Shown one piece after another: positions 24,033 to 36,357 of a stretch of DNA of 64,000 bases. Location of the stretch: contig JBNJNM010000012.1 in assembly GCA_052426225.1 (NCBI GenBank), forward strand, positions 1,798,001-1,862,000, given 5' to 3'. Each line of letters opens with the position of its first letter. The first letter of the stretch is position 1. The position numbers were made by a program, and so were the translations under genes. Origin of the DNA: Zancudomyces culisetae HAW-14-8 (taxonomy: Eukaryota; Fungi; Kickxellomycota). The notes under the pieces are model-generated. The model was not told where the DNA came from. It searched no databases and worked only from the letters and a program-made list of their open reading frames with translations.

Positions 24033-25731
24033 CTACTGAATGCTGAGATTTTTTATAACATTTTCGCGAATGACCTTGAGTTCGTCACTAATAGGATCGA
24101 ATTTTAGCGGTGAACAGTTCCATTGCGTTTCCAACCGCTGACGTACAATATCAAAGTCATCCCAAACAAAATCTTCAATCGGACCCTTATCATATACAAC
24201 TTTAAGCAAGTTTCTCTTATCCCCGTACTCAATTTCTGGGTTACCCTCAGTATATGAATACTTGGGGTGCACCATGGGAGCAGTATCGTTTTGTGCAGTA
24301 GGGAAAACTACAAAAGCACCTGGTAAACTTATTTTTTTGGAATCAGATTTTGGAATCTTCATAATATCCCTTCTAGTTCCGTCTGCATAAATTACCAACG
24401 AAAGTTTCGTAGCAAAACTCATAGTGTCTCGGTTTACCTTTTGCAAAAGCCCACCACCCATGCCAAAAGCAACATTTTGTGCAGAAAACCCTATTTCCTC
24501 AACCTTGGCCAGTATTTTTGCAAGAGATGTTGGTGTAACTCCATCACCTTGTATGACTGAACAACCTTCAATAACTTTAAAGCCTTTAGAGTTGACAGTA
24601 CTTCCGAATACTTTTTCTCCAGCCAGCAACCCCATCACAACTGTCTCTACCTGGTCACCACTATCAGGTCTGAGAACCAGCATACCCCCTTTCTCTAGCT
24701 TCAAGGATGCCACTGAAGGAAGAATTTCAGAAAGTGCTCTTGTGTAGTCGTAAGAATCCATTACACATGCAACAATATTGTCTCCATATGTTTCAATAGC
24801 CTTTTCCATTGCTTCTCTTTCAGTTGGAAATGCTGTCATGACTGAATGCTCGGTGGCCGGTATGCTGGAGGCGATTTGTTTTCCTGAATTGAGCATATAC
24901 TGCCCGTAGTAAGCAGCGCTTAACGTATCAGACCCTTCGAAGCTTAAAAGGTGAGCACATCCACCTATCACCGATTGTTCTAAGGATGTACACCCTCGAA
25001 AACCAAAATCATGCATTTTTCTGTATAAAAGAAAAGTTAAATGTTAGTATACACATATTTTACCACCCTCTACCGCCATGTGCAGAGCATTCTTTTTTAT
25101 CCTTATTTTTTACCCTTTTACTTTGTATATATCTCGAGTGTATTACTAAATGGAAAATTTTATCAATTATGAAAGAGACTTACACTGAAACTAAAAACTG
25201 GAGTGCGGGATCTACTGTTCTGTTAAAACTGTCTTGAATAATGGTTCTAGATCTACGAGATAATGTCGCAACGGTTGATGGATACCAAACCATAGTAAGA
25301 ACTGTCTCGAGGTAGGTTACCAACCCGCTATATTCTTCGTCCGCGGTTACCTGAAAAACAGGAACATGTGGGTAAACGACAGAGCCCTCAGGTAGCGACT
25401 CTATTTTGACTGGAAAGTACCCGTCATTCTCTCTAATGAACTTTTCAAACAAATGCTTAGGGAATGGGAAAGGAGTCTGAACAGCATTAAACGTTTTCAA
25501 AAACTTCTCTGTTCGTTCAACATCCTCGATTGTCCATTTCTTTGCAATATATTCTGTAATTATATACCGCATTCCATAGTAGACGATTCGGTGGTCTTCG
25601 GAATCTTTCTCATAACTAGTTCTGAATTCGCCATAGCATACCATTTTCTTGGCATCTGGGTACAGCTTGAAATGGCTTAGCTTGTATGCATCCGTGAGTA
25701 CGGGCAGGGGCAAGCCGAATAACCGATTCAT
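24033..25731 (-). CDS. NAMPT: Nicotinamide phosphoribosyltransferase (NAMPT/NadV family), 2 exons
   Basis: Intron 25183-25021. Motifs LTDAYKLSH, WYPSTVAT, HDFGFRG, SFEGSDT, SIPATEHS, DSYD, LRPDSG, IQGDGV, FGMGGGLLQKVNRDT. Confidence 0.92.
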
Positions 25732-26389
25732 TTTATTGAAGATTTTGAGACACTACTTGTAAAATATATTTATTCGATATTTAAAAGGCAAAACTCTAAT
25801 TTTTATCTGTGTTTATATAAAGTTTTGCTTTTAGGTTTTGTTGGCAATTTCCGGAAACACAGAAAACAAAGGTTTCGTAGCAGTCTTGTGATCACTAAAA
25901 TAAATAAAAATAGGTGTAGCGAGAAAATCCCAACCCCTGGCTTTGCCCTTGTAATGGTTCCAGCTATTAAATTGCGAACCACTTATCTAATTTCCGTAAT
26001 TAGGCGAAATGGTTGGATCAAGTGGAAAATAGTACGGACTTTGGAGATAGGAGACATAAGGCAAAACTTCATTCATTGGATCATATGCAAATGAGCGTGA
26101 ATTTTGATTTTGGATGGAGCTGAATTGAGGCAAATAAAAATCAATCATACACACAAAAAGCAGAGACATATGAGGCTAGGCTTATTTGCAAGATACTGAT
26201 TTTTATCACTGATACTTACACTACATAATTTCAAATACACAGCAAAGCTCGAGCAAGAAAAATAGACAAGCATGAAGAGTAGATTGAGGAATTGGTGATA
26301 TATTAAAGCCCAGGAAAGTATAGATATCACTAACCAAAAAAAAACATCACGAGCTATTTAAAAATATATATATAAACCACAAGAGAAAA

Positions 26390-27424
26390 TTACATCTCAA
26401 GGCTTTTTCTGGCCATCTCAAGCGCACCTTCTAGAGTTGCATTGCCTCCGATAAATCCGGTGGCGTGGACAAATATACATCCAGGAATGCCGCTTAAATT
26501 GCTCAATTCCTCGTCACGAACTCCGCGCCATGCTTCTGGGAGTGCTTTTCTGGATTCAAAACTGCTGGAGCTTTTTCCGACAGCCCTGACCCGATATGAG
26601 GGTGTTGATGCCAACGAGTCCTTGAAGAGTATATATATCACCTGTTTATCGCTACCAGAAAGAGATTCAATATCATAAAGGTGCTCTCCCCAAGGACAGA
26701 AGCCAGTGTCCAATACCATTATTTCGCCGCTGCTGTGATATTTGAACCTATTTTCGTATGCATTTTTCACCATTTCCCGCGCCGGTAGCCATGAACGACC
26801 ATAATACTCGACCTCTTGTTTAAAGACACCGCCAACTAACTCCATAGCCTTTTTGAAATTCTCAAGATTCTCAGTAGAAGTTTCTGAAGGGGTATCGTTC
26901 CAGCTAGGGTTAAGTCTGCTTACCATATGATGAACGGTTGAATTTTGTATGCTATATCTCGGCTCAACCTCAATACTGCTTGGATACAAAGAAACGCCGT
27001 TGTCAACACCATCAAACCCTTCGATGAGGCTTGAATATACTTTGTTGTAAATCAAGTCGATTTCTGGATCAGCAATCTCGGGTTTTTGTTCTTTTTGTAA
27101 TAGAGTTTTTATTACCTGTTTTCCATAGTGCTTGTAAATCAATCCTGCACTGCTCAGCTTGGTTTCAAAGTCAGCTGAGAAAGTTTCGGTAAACCCACGT
27201 TGGTGATGATCATACTTCTTTGACTCGTGATCGTAGACTCCTCCAACATCTACAATGATATCGCATCCATCCAGCACTTTGGCATCGCGGGTTCGCTTTA
27301 TCTCTGCATCTGTGTAGTCATCGAGCTGCTTCAGCATGTAAATTGCCAGCGCTTCGTCGGAGTGAAAGCTTCCGCTGTGTGTTCCTATTATTTTTGCAAT
27401 CTTCATTCTCTTTACTGCTTGCAT
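26390..27424 (-). CDS. MYG1: MYG1 exonuclease family protein (UPF0160), single exon
   Basis: IGTHSGSFHSDEALA, DVGGVYD, YDHHQRGF, KLSSAGLIYKHYG, DGVDNG, LPEAWRGVRD, FVHATGFIGG. Confidence 0.95.
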   Translation of the reverse strand: MQAVKRMKIAKIIGTHSGSFHSDEALAIYMLKQLDDYTDAEIKRTRDAKVLDGCDIIVDVGGVYDHESKKYDHHQRGFTETFSADFETKLSSAGLIYKHYGKQVIKTLLQKEQKPEIADPEIDLIYNKVYSSLIEGFDGVDNGVSLYPSSIEVEPRYSIQNSTVHHMVSRLNPSWNDTPSETSTENLENFKKAMELVGGVFKQEVEYYGRSWLPAREMVKNAYENRFKYHSSGEIMVLDTGFCPWGEHLYDIESLSGSDKQVIYILFKDSLASTPSYRVRAVGKSSSSFESRKALPEAWRGVRDEELSNLSGIPGCIFVHATGFIGGNATLEGALEMARKSLEM

Positions 27425-27595
27425 TTGACTGTCGTAAGTATAGTTTTCGTGAGAGACTTTGTGTGTGTTAATTCCTTGTGTCGTTACTCTTGCTTTTTAT
27501 ACCAAAAACGAGCAACTTTTGCATTAAAAATACCTAATAAATTAACGAATGGCTATGTGTGGACAGCTATTGTTTATATTTGCACTTTAATGGCT

Positions 27596-27635
27596 CTATT
27601 TTTCTATTTTTCTATTTTTCTATTTTTCTATTTTT
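27596..27635. repeat. Tandem repeat (CTATTTTT)x5
   Basis: Five perfect 8-nt units upstream of MYG1. Confidence 0.9.
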
Positions 27636-28416
27636 CTCGATTTAGAAAAAAAAATTTTTTGTCAGAAAACGTGATCTGTACAAAGTGAACAATTTAAGTT
27701 CAAAAAAAAGAAAAATAGAAAAAATTAGAAAAGAAAAGACAAGCCAATAGCTTCCTGGAATCCTTGAGAAATAAGAAGGTGCACTCTGTTACCCAAGTGG
27801 TTGCGGGAGTTTTTTTAGAATCGTTTTTGGAAAATACTAGCAATTATTGCCGCAATTATGATTATTTGCCTGTAGTTTTAGCTACAAAACTGTATCTTTT
27901 TTGTTGAGGAAGTATCGAGTTATCTCTTCAAAGCTGCACTGTTTGATGGTATTAGTAGATGTATCATTATATCTTTTATACATGGGAACAAAAAGAAAGA
28001 ATATTTTGGAAATAGATTTTTTTAAGAGTTTTTTTAATTAAATATTCTAAATATATTTAGTTCAAAAAAGCTGTAACCAAAAAAGATAAAAACAGTGCAA
28101 ATGTTATAAAAAATAGGAGATATAATTAAACAGAGATGTTTAACTACATACCCCCTTTACAAAGCGACAAACAACTTTAGCCGCGTATTAAAATCTTGCA
28201 GCCTATATATTGATGTTCAAGTGAATGTTATGTAATGAAATATAGCCATCGAGTCTTTATCAATATTTTTACATTTGTCGCAACAGGAGGAATCAAGTTT
28301 TTGCCATTATACAGAGAGGTTCAGGTTATATTATACATATTAATTAGGCGATACAACACTGTATACACACAACTGCAAAATTAGGCTGCTTAAATTAAGT
28401 GAACACTCAGGTTGGC

Positions 28417-28424
28417 TATATAAA
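28417..28424 (+). promoter_or_regulatory. Putative TATA box upstream of secreted-family gene 1
   Basis: TATATAAA ~120 nt upstream of ATG 28543, followed by a CT-rich tract (28468-28505). Confidence 0.4.
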
Positions 28425-28542
28425 TGACTTTCATCTCCAAATATTGAATATCTATAAAAACCGTTGCTTTTCTCTCTCACTTTTTCTCTCTCTCTCTCTC
28501 TTTTTATAGCTAACCGTTTATTAAGTGCCAGATAAAAAAATA

Positions 28543-29118
28543 ATGCGAAGAATACTCGTCAGTATAGTTGGTATATCCTTCTTTGCAAACGGATATTGTG
28601 AGGATAGCAGCGATTCCATTGCGAAATTGGCTGAATTGAAAAGAATATCTCCAGACTACCACATCTACAACCGAGAGATACTAGGTACGAAGGCAATTGA
28701 TGCTTTAAATTCGTATGCCAGCGATAAAAATATTGTGGGATTTAGAGCCGTTTCGTTGTGTGGCGATCCATCAGGGAGCCTACATTTATACGATACATTT
28801 ATTTTAAAGGAGACGTGTAACTCGATGCTCGGTGTAAGAACAAGAAGTGTGTCTTGGAAACCAGGAGAACCATTTGTCGATAATAGTCAACACAACTATA
28901 TCTGCCGATACCCAGCTATGGAAGCAGGAGCAAACTTGCAATACCTTGAGGTTGAGGACGAGATATCCAAGTATGTAACCGTCACGCTTTGCATTAAGAA
29001 TCAAATGTATATTGTAGAGTACGACTATGCTGGTATAGACAACGTGAGCAATGTTCACAACGAGGTTGATCAAACATGTGCGTCCGAGCTTTTTGCACCT
29101 CTTTACAATAGGTTTTAG
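28543..29118 (+). CDS. Uncharacterised secreted four-cysteine protein, family member 1 (191 aa)
   Basis: First ATG at 28543 gives signal-peptide-like MRRILVSIVGISFFANGYC. Colinear similarity to the ORFs at 50672-51292 and 52173-52802. Confidence 0.85.
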   Translation: MRRILVSIVGISFFANGYCEDSSDSIAKLAELKRISPDYHIYNREILGTKAIDALNSYASDKNIVGFRAVSLCGDPSGSLHLYDTFILKETCNSMLGVRTRSVSWKPGEPFVDNSQHNYICRYPAMEAGANLQYLEVEDEISKYVTVTLCIKNQMYIVEYDYAGIDNVSNVHNEVDQTCASELFAPLYNRF

Positions 29119-29397
29119 ATGAAATTTACTAGTTTATTGTCTCGTTTTACGAGGGATTTATGTTGGTAGTGGGCTTGGCGTTGATAGGCATGGCGTATGA
29201 TAGATCATATTTTACGCCAAGAATATTTTGCTATTTTACTATGCTATGAAATACATATAAAAGATTCAAAAGCCGTCAGAGGAGGAGGAGATTTGGTTTT
29301 ATCATTGTGATTCCACTTCAAAACAGATAGTGTAAAGTCTTGTCGAATCTAAAGCTTGACAATCAATAAAAGGTTGAGGGAAATGAAAGGGGAGAGG

Positions 29398-29398
<1 letters not shown>

Positions 29399-29452
<54 letters not shown>
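29399..29452. repeat. (TG)27 microsatellite
   Basis: Perfect dinucleotide run. Confidence 0.98.
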
Positions 29453-29454
<2 letters not shown>

Positions 29455-30782
29455 AATTTGTTGATTCTACATGATTTGTGGTCATCTAATTTAATCATGC
29501 CTATATAAAAGCAACCTGTTTGTGCACATAGACAGGAGAAAAAAAACACAAAAAAAAATTTTTTTTAATATATCTTTCAGGACATTCCAAGTAATAGGTA
29601 CAAAACTGGAAAACAAAGGCTATGAGCAAGTACAGTGGAGGATTTTGGTTGTTGGTATTGATGAGAATAAAAAATATTGTAATCATTAAATGGTGGTGGG
29701 AGGAGGAGCGGGGGGGGGAGATAGTGTAAGGCCAGTACTGACTTGACTATAGGAAGGGAAATATCATATGATTTTTTTAGGGGGTGGTGTGAGGTCAGGA
29801 GCTAATGGCAAGCAGATATACATTTAAGAGGGTTGATAGAAGCCATTGCTGATTCTTTGTTCACTTACAAAACAAAAAAGTGATATCAATTTTTTTTATC
29901 TGTATCAAGATAATGTGTGGGAATGTTGTTTTCTTTTATTGAAGAAAATTTAGATACAAGTAATTGGGAGGGGAGCAAGAAGGGAGCAAGGAGGAAGGAG
30001 GAAAGGAGATGAAAGAAGATGAGAAGAGGAGGAGGAGGGTTGGCTACTCATCCTCTATAGGAAAAAAAGAATCAAAAAGAAAAAAAAGCATATATGGTAG
30101 AAGCAAGGAAGGACTTATATTTGGGCCAACAAAAGTTTTAGAGTAAAAAATTTTTTTGGAACGAAAAAAAAAGAAAAAAATCAAATAAAACGGGAATGGC
30201 AGTGAATTAATAATTTCGGTTCAAGGGGACAGGCAAAATGAACGAATAAGGATTCAAGTAAATAAGATAAAAAAATAAATGCAACTGAATTATAAAAAAA
30301 TTTTTGGATTATAAAAAGAATGAACAGTGTAAGATGAAATAACATTGTTTTGCTGTGTAAAATAAACTTGAAAGTTGAGAAAAACACTTGACAAAAAAAA
30401 AAAGAGAAAAAAATAGAAACCGACAAGAAATAAATTAGCGAAATTAGTACAACTGGTTTAGTCAAGGCGATTGAAAATCTATATATCATAAAACGAGAGA
30501 AATATAATAAGCGAAATTGCACACGGTAAGGATAAAGTAATAGTGAGATTTTTTAAAAAAAGAGAGAAGCTTGGATGATTGTCGAGTTAATGCATTATTC
30601 AAAATTGAATTCTGAAAATTAAATAACCAATTGTCACCTTTTTTATAAATAAAAAAAGTGGGTGAAGGGGGGGGAGGGAGGAAGGACTGATAGAAATTAA
30701 AAAAAAATTAAAAAAATCGAAAAGAAGAATCAGTAACAACGAGTATAGCAAAAATATTATAAAAATAGAAAGTGAATTGAAG

Positions 30783-33700
30783 ATGAGTACGGAACGTGGA
30801 TTGGATTCCAGAGCTATTTTGCATGGATTGGTGTATCTCCATAAAAAAAATCAACTAAACGTAAAATGTTTAGAAGAAGACGCGCCACAAACAACCAAAG
30901 GCGGCAATGGCAGTGGCGATAGCGGAGGAGCAGGTGGTGGTGGTAATGGTAATGGTAGCGGCGTTAGTGGTAATGGTAATGGTGGTGCTGGGAAAGGGAA
31001 TAAAAAGGGAAAGAGTACTGCGGAAAATGAGGGTACATTGGAAAAAGAAGGACCTGGAGGAAGCGGGCAGCACAGCATAGCAACGCTAAAGATCGAAAGT
31101 AGTGCGGTGATGAAGGAATTGGCACGATTTAGAGCATGTGATGAGGAGGGAGTAACATGTTTTTACTGTCGTGAATGGGCACAATGGGTGTACCGAAAGC
31201 AGGTTTCAGGAGGGCACGATGTTGGAAAACGCAAAAAAAAGGGAGGAAAGACGGAAAAGGACGATAGTGAAGAGAGAGAGGGGAAACGAGCAATGCGAGA
31301 AAAGTACCGTACAGTGGGTGAGCTATGCAAAAAGCTACGGGGTAGGATCGAAGAGGAAAAAAAAAAGATAGAGAGTCTTCGAGAAAGCAGTGAAGGCAAC
31401 AATGGAAACGGAGGGAGCAGTGTCGGTAGTGGGACGGGAGGGAATTTGATTGAGGCGATGATAGACGATGTTAGCAAGTGGACAGAAGGATACAGTTTTC
31501 CACTTTCAGAGGTATACGAAGATTTGAAGTTTGATTTTCCGACAGAGGCATTCCCATTTGATGAGCAACAAGATCCGTTGGATCCATCACTACTGCTGCC
31601 AGCCCTACAGGTGACAAAGACATTTATAACACTTCCATCGGCAAGGTTTTCGTTGTTGGGAAACATCACGAGCGAGCTGATAGCAACACACACATACCCG
31701 ACGTGTCAGCACAACAAGGCAGACCATCCGACACCATCGGAGCTGGAAACGCAACGAGTGATTTTCAACTCACAGTTGACGCGACAACGGAAAGAGTACA
31801 TGGGTAGCTATACACACGAGATGGAGCCGGTATGGCAAATTACGCAGCTGCTTTTAAAGAGTGTGCAGCGAATAGAGGCTATGCGGGTACGGTTGTTTAC
31901 GAAGGGATGTCATGCAAACCGGCAGCAGTTTATTCAAAGTATTAGGGAAAAGACGCTTCCGTTTGCAGAGTTTTGGGGGCAAGCGACCCGCAACATCGCC
32001 AAGGGAAACAAGGCAACACCAGCGATTGTGAGTGAAATGGATCAGATTTTTGCGATACACTTGGAAAACGTGTTGGATGTAAGCTTATCGTGGTCCAAGA
32101 CATTCCTAGAGTCGTATTATGGTGTGGCTAAGGAATTTGTGCGCGAGTTGGAAACGATTTTGGGAGAGTGTATTACAATGTGCGACCGGCGCGCACAGGG
32201 TTTGAAATATCCACCGCCGCTAACACTAATGCCACAGTACAATGCTGCGCGGGATTCTATTTCCCGTCTACAGCCACAGCTTGCGGAGCGGATTGAGCAG
32301 ATCCAGACGATGCTAAAACAGCGCAACGAGCAGGTGTTGAATGAGGTAATGGATGTTAAAAAGCTTTGGGAACTTCCGAGCGATTTACCACCAGGCAAAG
32401 CGATTTCACTGAGGTTTGAACAAGCAAATTCCAAAGAAATGCGCAAACGGATGAAGAAAATTGAATACCTACAACATGTTTCTGTAATTTCGTGGTCTAT
32501 GCATGAGATGGAGCAGTTGTTGACGGCTGCTGACGTTGCAACAGTGGCAGTTGATTGTCTTGAGCTGCTGATTACGGAGGCGGAAATACTGGAGCGAGCG
32601 GTTGGGCAGGTTTTTGCTAGAAAGTTAGAGTCGACAACGGACGAATTGCGCGAACAGCGGCAGGATATTATTGACGATTTCACGGAGGGATTGCTGACAG
32701 GACGTGAAGAATTGGCAGGAATTATCGGAAAACTTATGCTTAAAGAGGCGTGGCGAATTCTAGAGACGAACATATCGCTGCAGAAGCAAATGGATCTTTT
32801 GGGAAGTGGAAGTGGGTTTGGTAACGACGGAGGAAGCAGCAATAGTCTTTTGGCTGCTAAGAAAGGTAAAAATCATTCTTCTAAACAGCAAAACAGTTCA
32901 GCTAGCAGTGCAAAGAAAAACAAAAAGAAGAAACGCAAAAATAAAAACAAGAATAAAGCTAAACCTGCTGTTGAACCTTCTCACAACCACGCAGCAGAAC
33001 GCGATCAAGCTGAGCGGAAAAATGAAGTTGTTGAAGAAGATGATGAGGATGATGAGGAACTAGAAGAGCTAGAAGAGCTAGGTGAGGTCGAAGAATATGA
33101 GGAAGAGGAAGAGGAGGAAGGACTTGGAGAAGATGACGATGATATTGTTGGAGCTGAGGGTGGTCAAGACTACTATGAGGAACATGAATATGATGAAAAA
33201 TATGAATATGAGAATCATAATGATAATGTAAATTTAAGTGCAGACAAAGACAAAGACAAAGACAAAAATTTAGATGTAAAAACTCCAGTATTGCAGACTT
33301 CTGAGCATGTTTTGGTAGACACAACTGACCAAAAAAATAAAGTTAATGATAATCTAGACAAGCACGAAAATGTTGATGGTTCTGATTCTTTTATTTCTCG
33401 GAAATCTATTGAACCTCTTGAATCTCTTAAACCCAATACTGATACCAATACCAATACCGATACCGATATAAATACCAATACCGATACCGATACCAACACC
33501 AATATCGACACCAATGTCAATATCGATACCAACGTCAATCTCAATCTTGCTCAACCCACTCCACCCACAAATGTTGAAAACATCAACAGTCTGAACCTTA
33601 TTTCCACCCCTGAGCCTATCAAAAGAGACTTCGAAATTGAAAATATGAGCAATCCGAGCACCATTACCAACCTCGAATGTACTATTATTGAAAAAGTAGA

Positions 33701-34107
33701 CTCTGAAATCGAATCATTCAACAAACTGCTTGCTAGCTACGGCGATATGTTTACCTCTGATGATTTGGTTTCAAACAAAAGCATAGAATTAGATGTAAAT
33801 GGTCTAAAAGGTATGTCACATGATCAACTAGCCATTTTTACCCACAAACTATTGTTGCAAAAGGCCCAATATGCTCAGATGTTGGATAGGCTATACAAAA
33901 GTGTTCATTTAGTTAACAAGTCATACATCGATATTCAAACTCAGCTAAAAAACCTGGCTTTACAGACCGAAAAGCAACATACAGATACTCTTTTAATGGC
34001 TGAAGCCCTGATTAGCTGTGAGGCTGAGCTAGAGTTTCTAAGGAATAGTAGATCCAGTGGTAAAAAGGGTGTGAACAATCTAGATAACAGTGGAAACATG
34101 TCTACCC

Positions 34108-34141
<34 letters not shown>

Positions 34142-34679
34142 GCAACATAGACAGCTGTTTTCGTTTTCAAATACTGAGGAATCTTTGCATACAGATCCTG
34201 TCAATAACTTTCCCAAAAACGCGGGTAGTATTAACGGCTCCCAATTTACTTTTCGACTAGATTCCAAAGTTCAAAACTCGTTTTTGCGACCAAATGCCGA
34301 AAAATTAGAATATTTGGCATCACCCACAAAGCCCATAAATCCTCCCGGTATTGGTGCTGGTATTGGTGTTAGTGATGGTGGATTGTTTGCTGATATTGTA
34401 GGCAACACCAATACTCTTAATCATCTTAATCCAAGTTCTATAAACAACAACGAAAGCCCTGTCAACTTGAATGGCCTTTATAGACAGCCACTACAGCAAC
34501 ACCACCTCCAACAACAACAACAACAACAACATCAGCAACAACTTTTACACCCTTTTCTACCATTTAACTATGTACATCAACAACATCAACAACATCAACA
34601 ACAACAGCCTCATAATATTATACCCCATAATATTTTGAATCTAAATCAAAACGCCTTTGCTTCAAACCTCAACAAATAA
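30783..34679 (+). CDS. Large uncharacterised helical/coiled-coil protein (~1298 aa) with CxxC motif, basic NLS-like patch, acidic tract and polyQ
   Basis: Uninterrupted 3.9 kb ORF with first ATG at 30783. CFYC motif, long amphipathic helical core, KKNKKKKRKNK, E/D tract, DTNTN repeats, polyQ. Confidence 0.85.
33435..33545 (+). repeat. Degenerate hexamer coding repeat (AATACC/GATACC; TN/TD dipeptides)
   Basis: Encodes NTDTNTNTDTDINTNTDTDTNTNIDTNVNIDTNVN. Confidence 0.85.
34107..34145 (+). repeat. (CAA)n polyglutamine tract
   Basis: 13 Gln codons, almost all CAA; further CAA tracts at ~34509-34607. Confidence 0.95.
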
Positions 34680-35117
34680 ATCCCCTTTCTAGATTGCTTT
34701 TTTTTTTGTCTTTAAATGAATGTTTCTTTGTGAGGTTTGTTTCTTTTCCTGTTTCTTTTTCATTTCTTGGTGTGATGTTCTATTTTCCATTCCCCTCCCC
34801 TCCCCTCTCCTTCTCTCCACCTCATCCATCTCCACCCCTTCTTTTTACATAAAGGATTCATACTTTTTGATGACCGTCTAGTAAATAAAATATGTTCATA
34901 TTATTTGTATTATTATTTGGATTTGTATTTGTATTTACACCAAACAAATATTTTGATGAGCAGCTAAGAATGGGGGTCTATAGAACAAATTGATGCATAT
35001 TATTGCATCTCGTAATTATTACTAATTGCAAATAAATATTAATAATATAAATATTCCAGCAATAATAGACTTTGTAAAACTAAAAACAAATAAAAACAAA
35101 TAATATACATTTAAATA

Positions 35118-36357
35118 ATGAACGAGTATAGCGAACAACGATTACGAGACTTGGGTACGGGTTTTATCGTCTAAAAGAATTATTAGACTTTGTCTTTATG
35201 CGTCAGAAAATGTCCTACTCTATATGCAAAAAAAAAAAGTACAAAAGATTTGTAAATTCTAAATCTGACTAATACAACATGGTTTGTAAAATAGCATGCA
35301 AGATAGAAACGGAGTTTGTAGAGGGAGTATTTAACTCCAATAATGGCAAGTTTTCTATTATTGACTCTGGTTAACTTTTATTGTAAATATTTTTGGCTTT
35401 TCAATGTAAGCTATTCTATGCAATCTGAGTCTGAAAATTGTAATGATTTGAATGTAGAATTAAATGTTCTTGAGGAAATATCTGTAAAACTAGACAATAA
35501 CGAAAAGGCTGTAGAACGGGTACGTGCACTGTCACTACTGGGATATATGCACTTGGCTTAAGATTCTCAAAATATTTTATTTACTCCTTTACTTCACTCC
35601 ACATCCTTTCCACTTCCCCTTTCTAACTTGACCCCGACTTTTTCGATATATTTAGAGTATTTCTGCGTTGGAAAGTATCAAACCACACTTAAGCCAAACC
35701 AATGTAAACGAAAAAATCAAGCAAATCGAAGCTATTTACAAGGATATCGAGCGTTTTGAGCAAATCCTAAATATTGAACACGAAAACGTCAACAAGCTTG
35801 ACAAATGTCTTGACGAAGTGGTGGAGAAATTGATAATGCCCTTGCAGAGCGAGTTTAGTGATATTAGGGACTTGGATAGATTGCTGAATGAGAACACAAC
35901 CAACAGCATGAATACCACTACTGGTGAGGAGAATGCTGGTGGAAGCGCAGGTGCGGGTGCGAGTATGGGTGGTGGTAATGGTAATGGTAATGGTAGCGGT
36001 GTTAGTATCAGTGTCAGCACTAGCAATTACTTGAACAGATTTTCGTTGCTTGGTGCCAAGGCCACCGACTTGTTTATTGAAAAGGTAAAATTACTAGTGC
36101 GGTTTACATGATTACATGGGGAGCAAGTATTTTGAATAGTAATAGTAATGATAATAATAATAATAATACCAGTAATAATAACCACTGCTATATTGTTTGT
36201 TTATCCGCTCTAGATAATGAATCCTAGGAGTCAAAGACATCCAGCAGATCAACAGATAGGTGTTTCTGAGTGTGACGGAAATACCTACTCGACTGCCAAA
36301 AAAAAGCCATGGATCTCTCCCTCTATAGAGATTCCTGAGCTTAAGAAAATTCCTTGA
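35118..36357 (+). CDS. BLOC-1 subunit 4 (Cappuccino/Cnl1)-like coiled-coil protein, 5 exons
   Basis: Exons ~35118-35154, 35295-35345, 35458-35519, 35656-36084, 36213-36357 join in phase. IEAIYKDIERFEQIL...NVNKLDKCLDEV recalls BLOC1S4; Pro-containing C-terminal tail WISPSIEIP. Confidence 0.5.

Noticed and set aside
27227-27688. 153-aa + strand ORF
   Set aside because: Antisense to MYG1 and running through the CTATTTTT repeat; no protein-like signal.
27596-27733. Inverted T-rich/A-rich arms suggesting a MITE or hairpin
   Set aside because: Low-complexity complementarity with no clear terminal inverted repeats or target-site duplication.
28460-28526. Pyrimidine tract plus GCTAAC...AAG as a 5' UTR intron in secreted gene 1
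   Set aside because: No convincing donor between the TATA box and this site; equally explained as a CT-rich initiator.
29349-30522. Short ORFs upstream of the large gene
   Set aside because: Products of the (TG)n repeat and A/T-biased composition.
30851-34267. Several minus-strand ORFs (Pro-, Leu-, Cys-rich)
   Set aside because: Antisense shadows of low-complexity tracts in the 30783-34679 gene.
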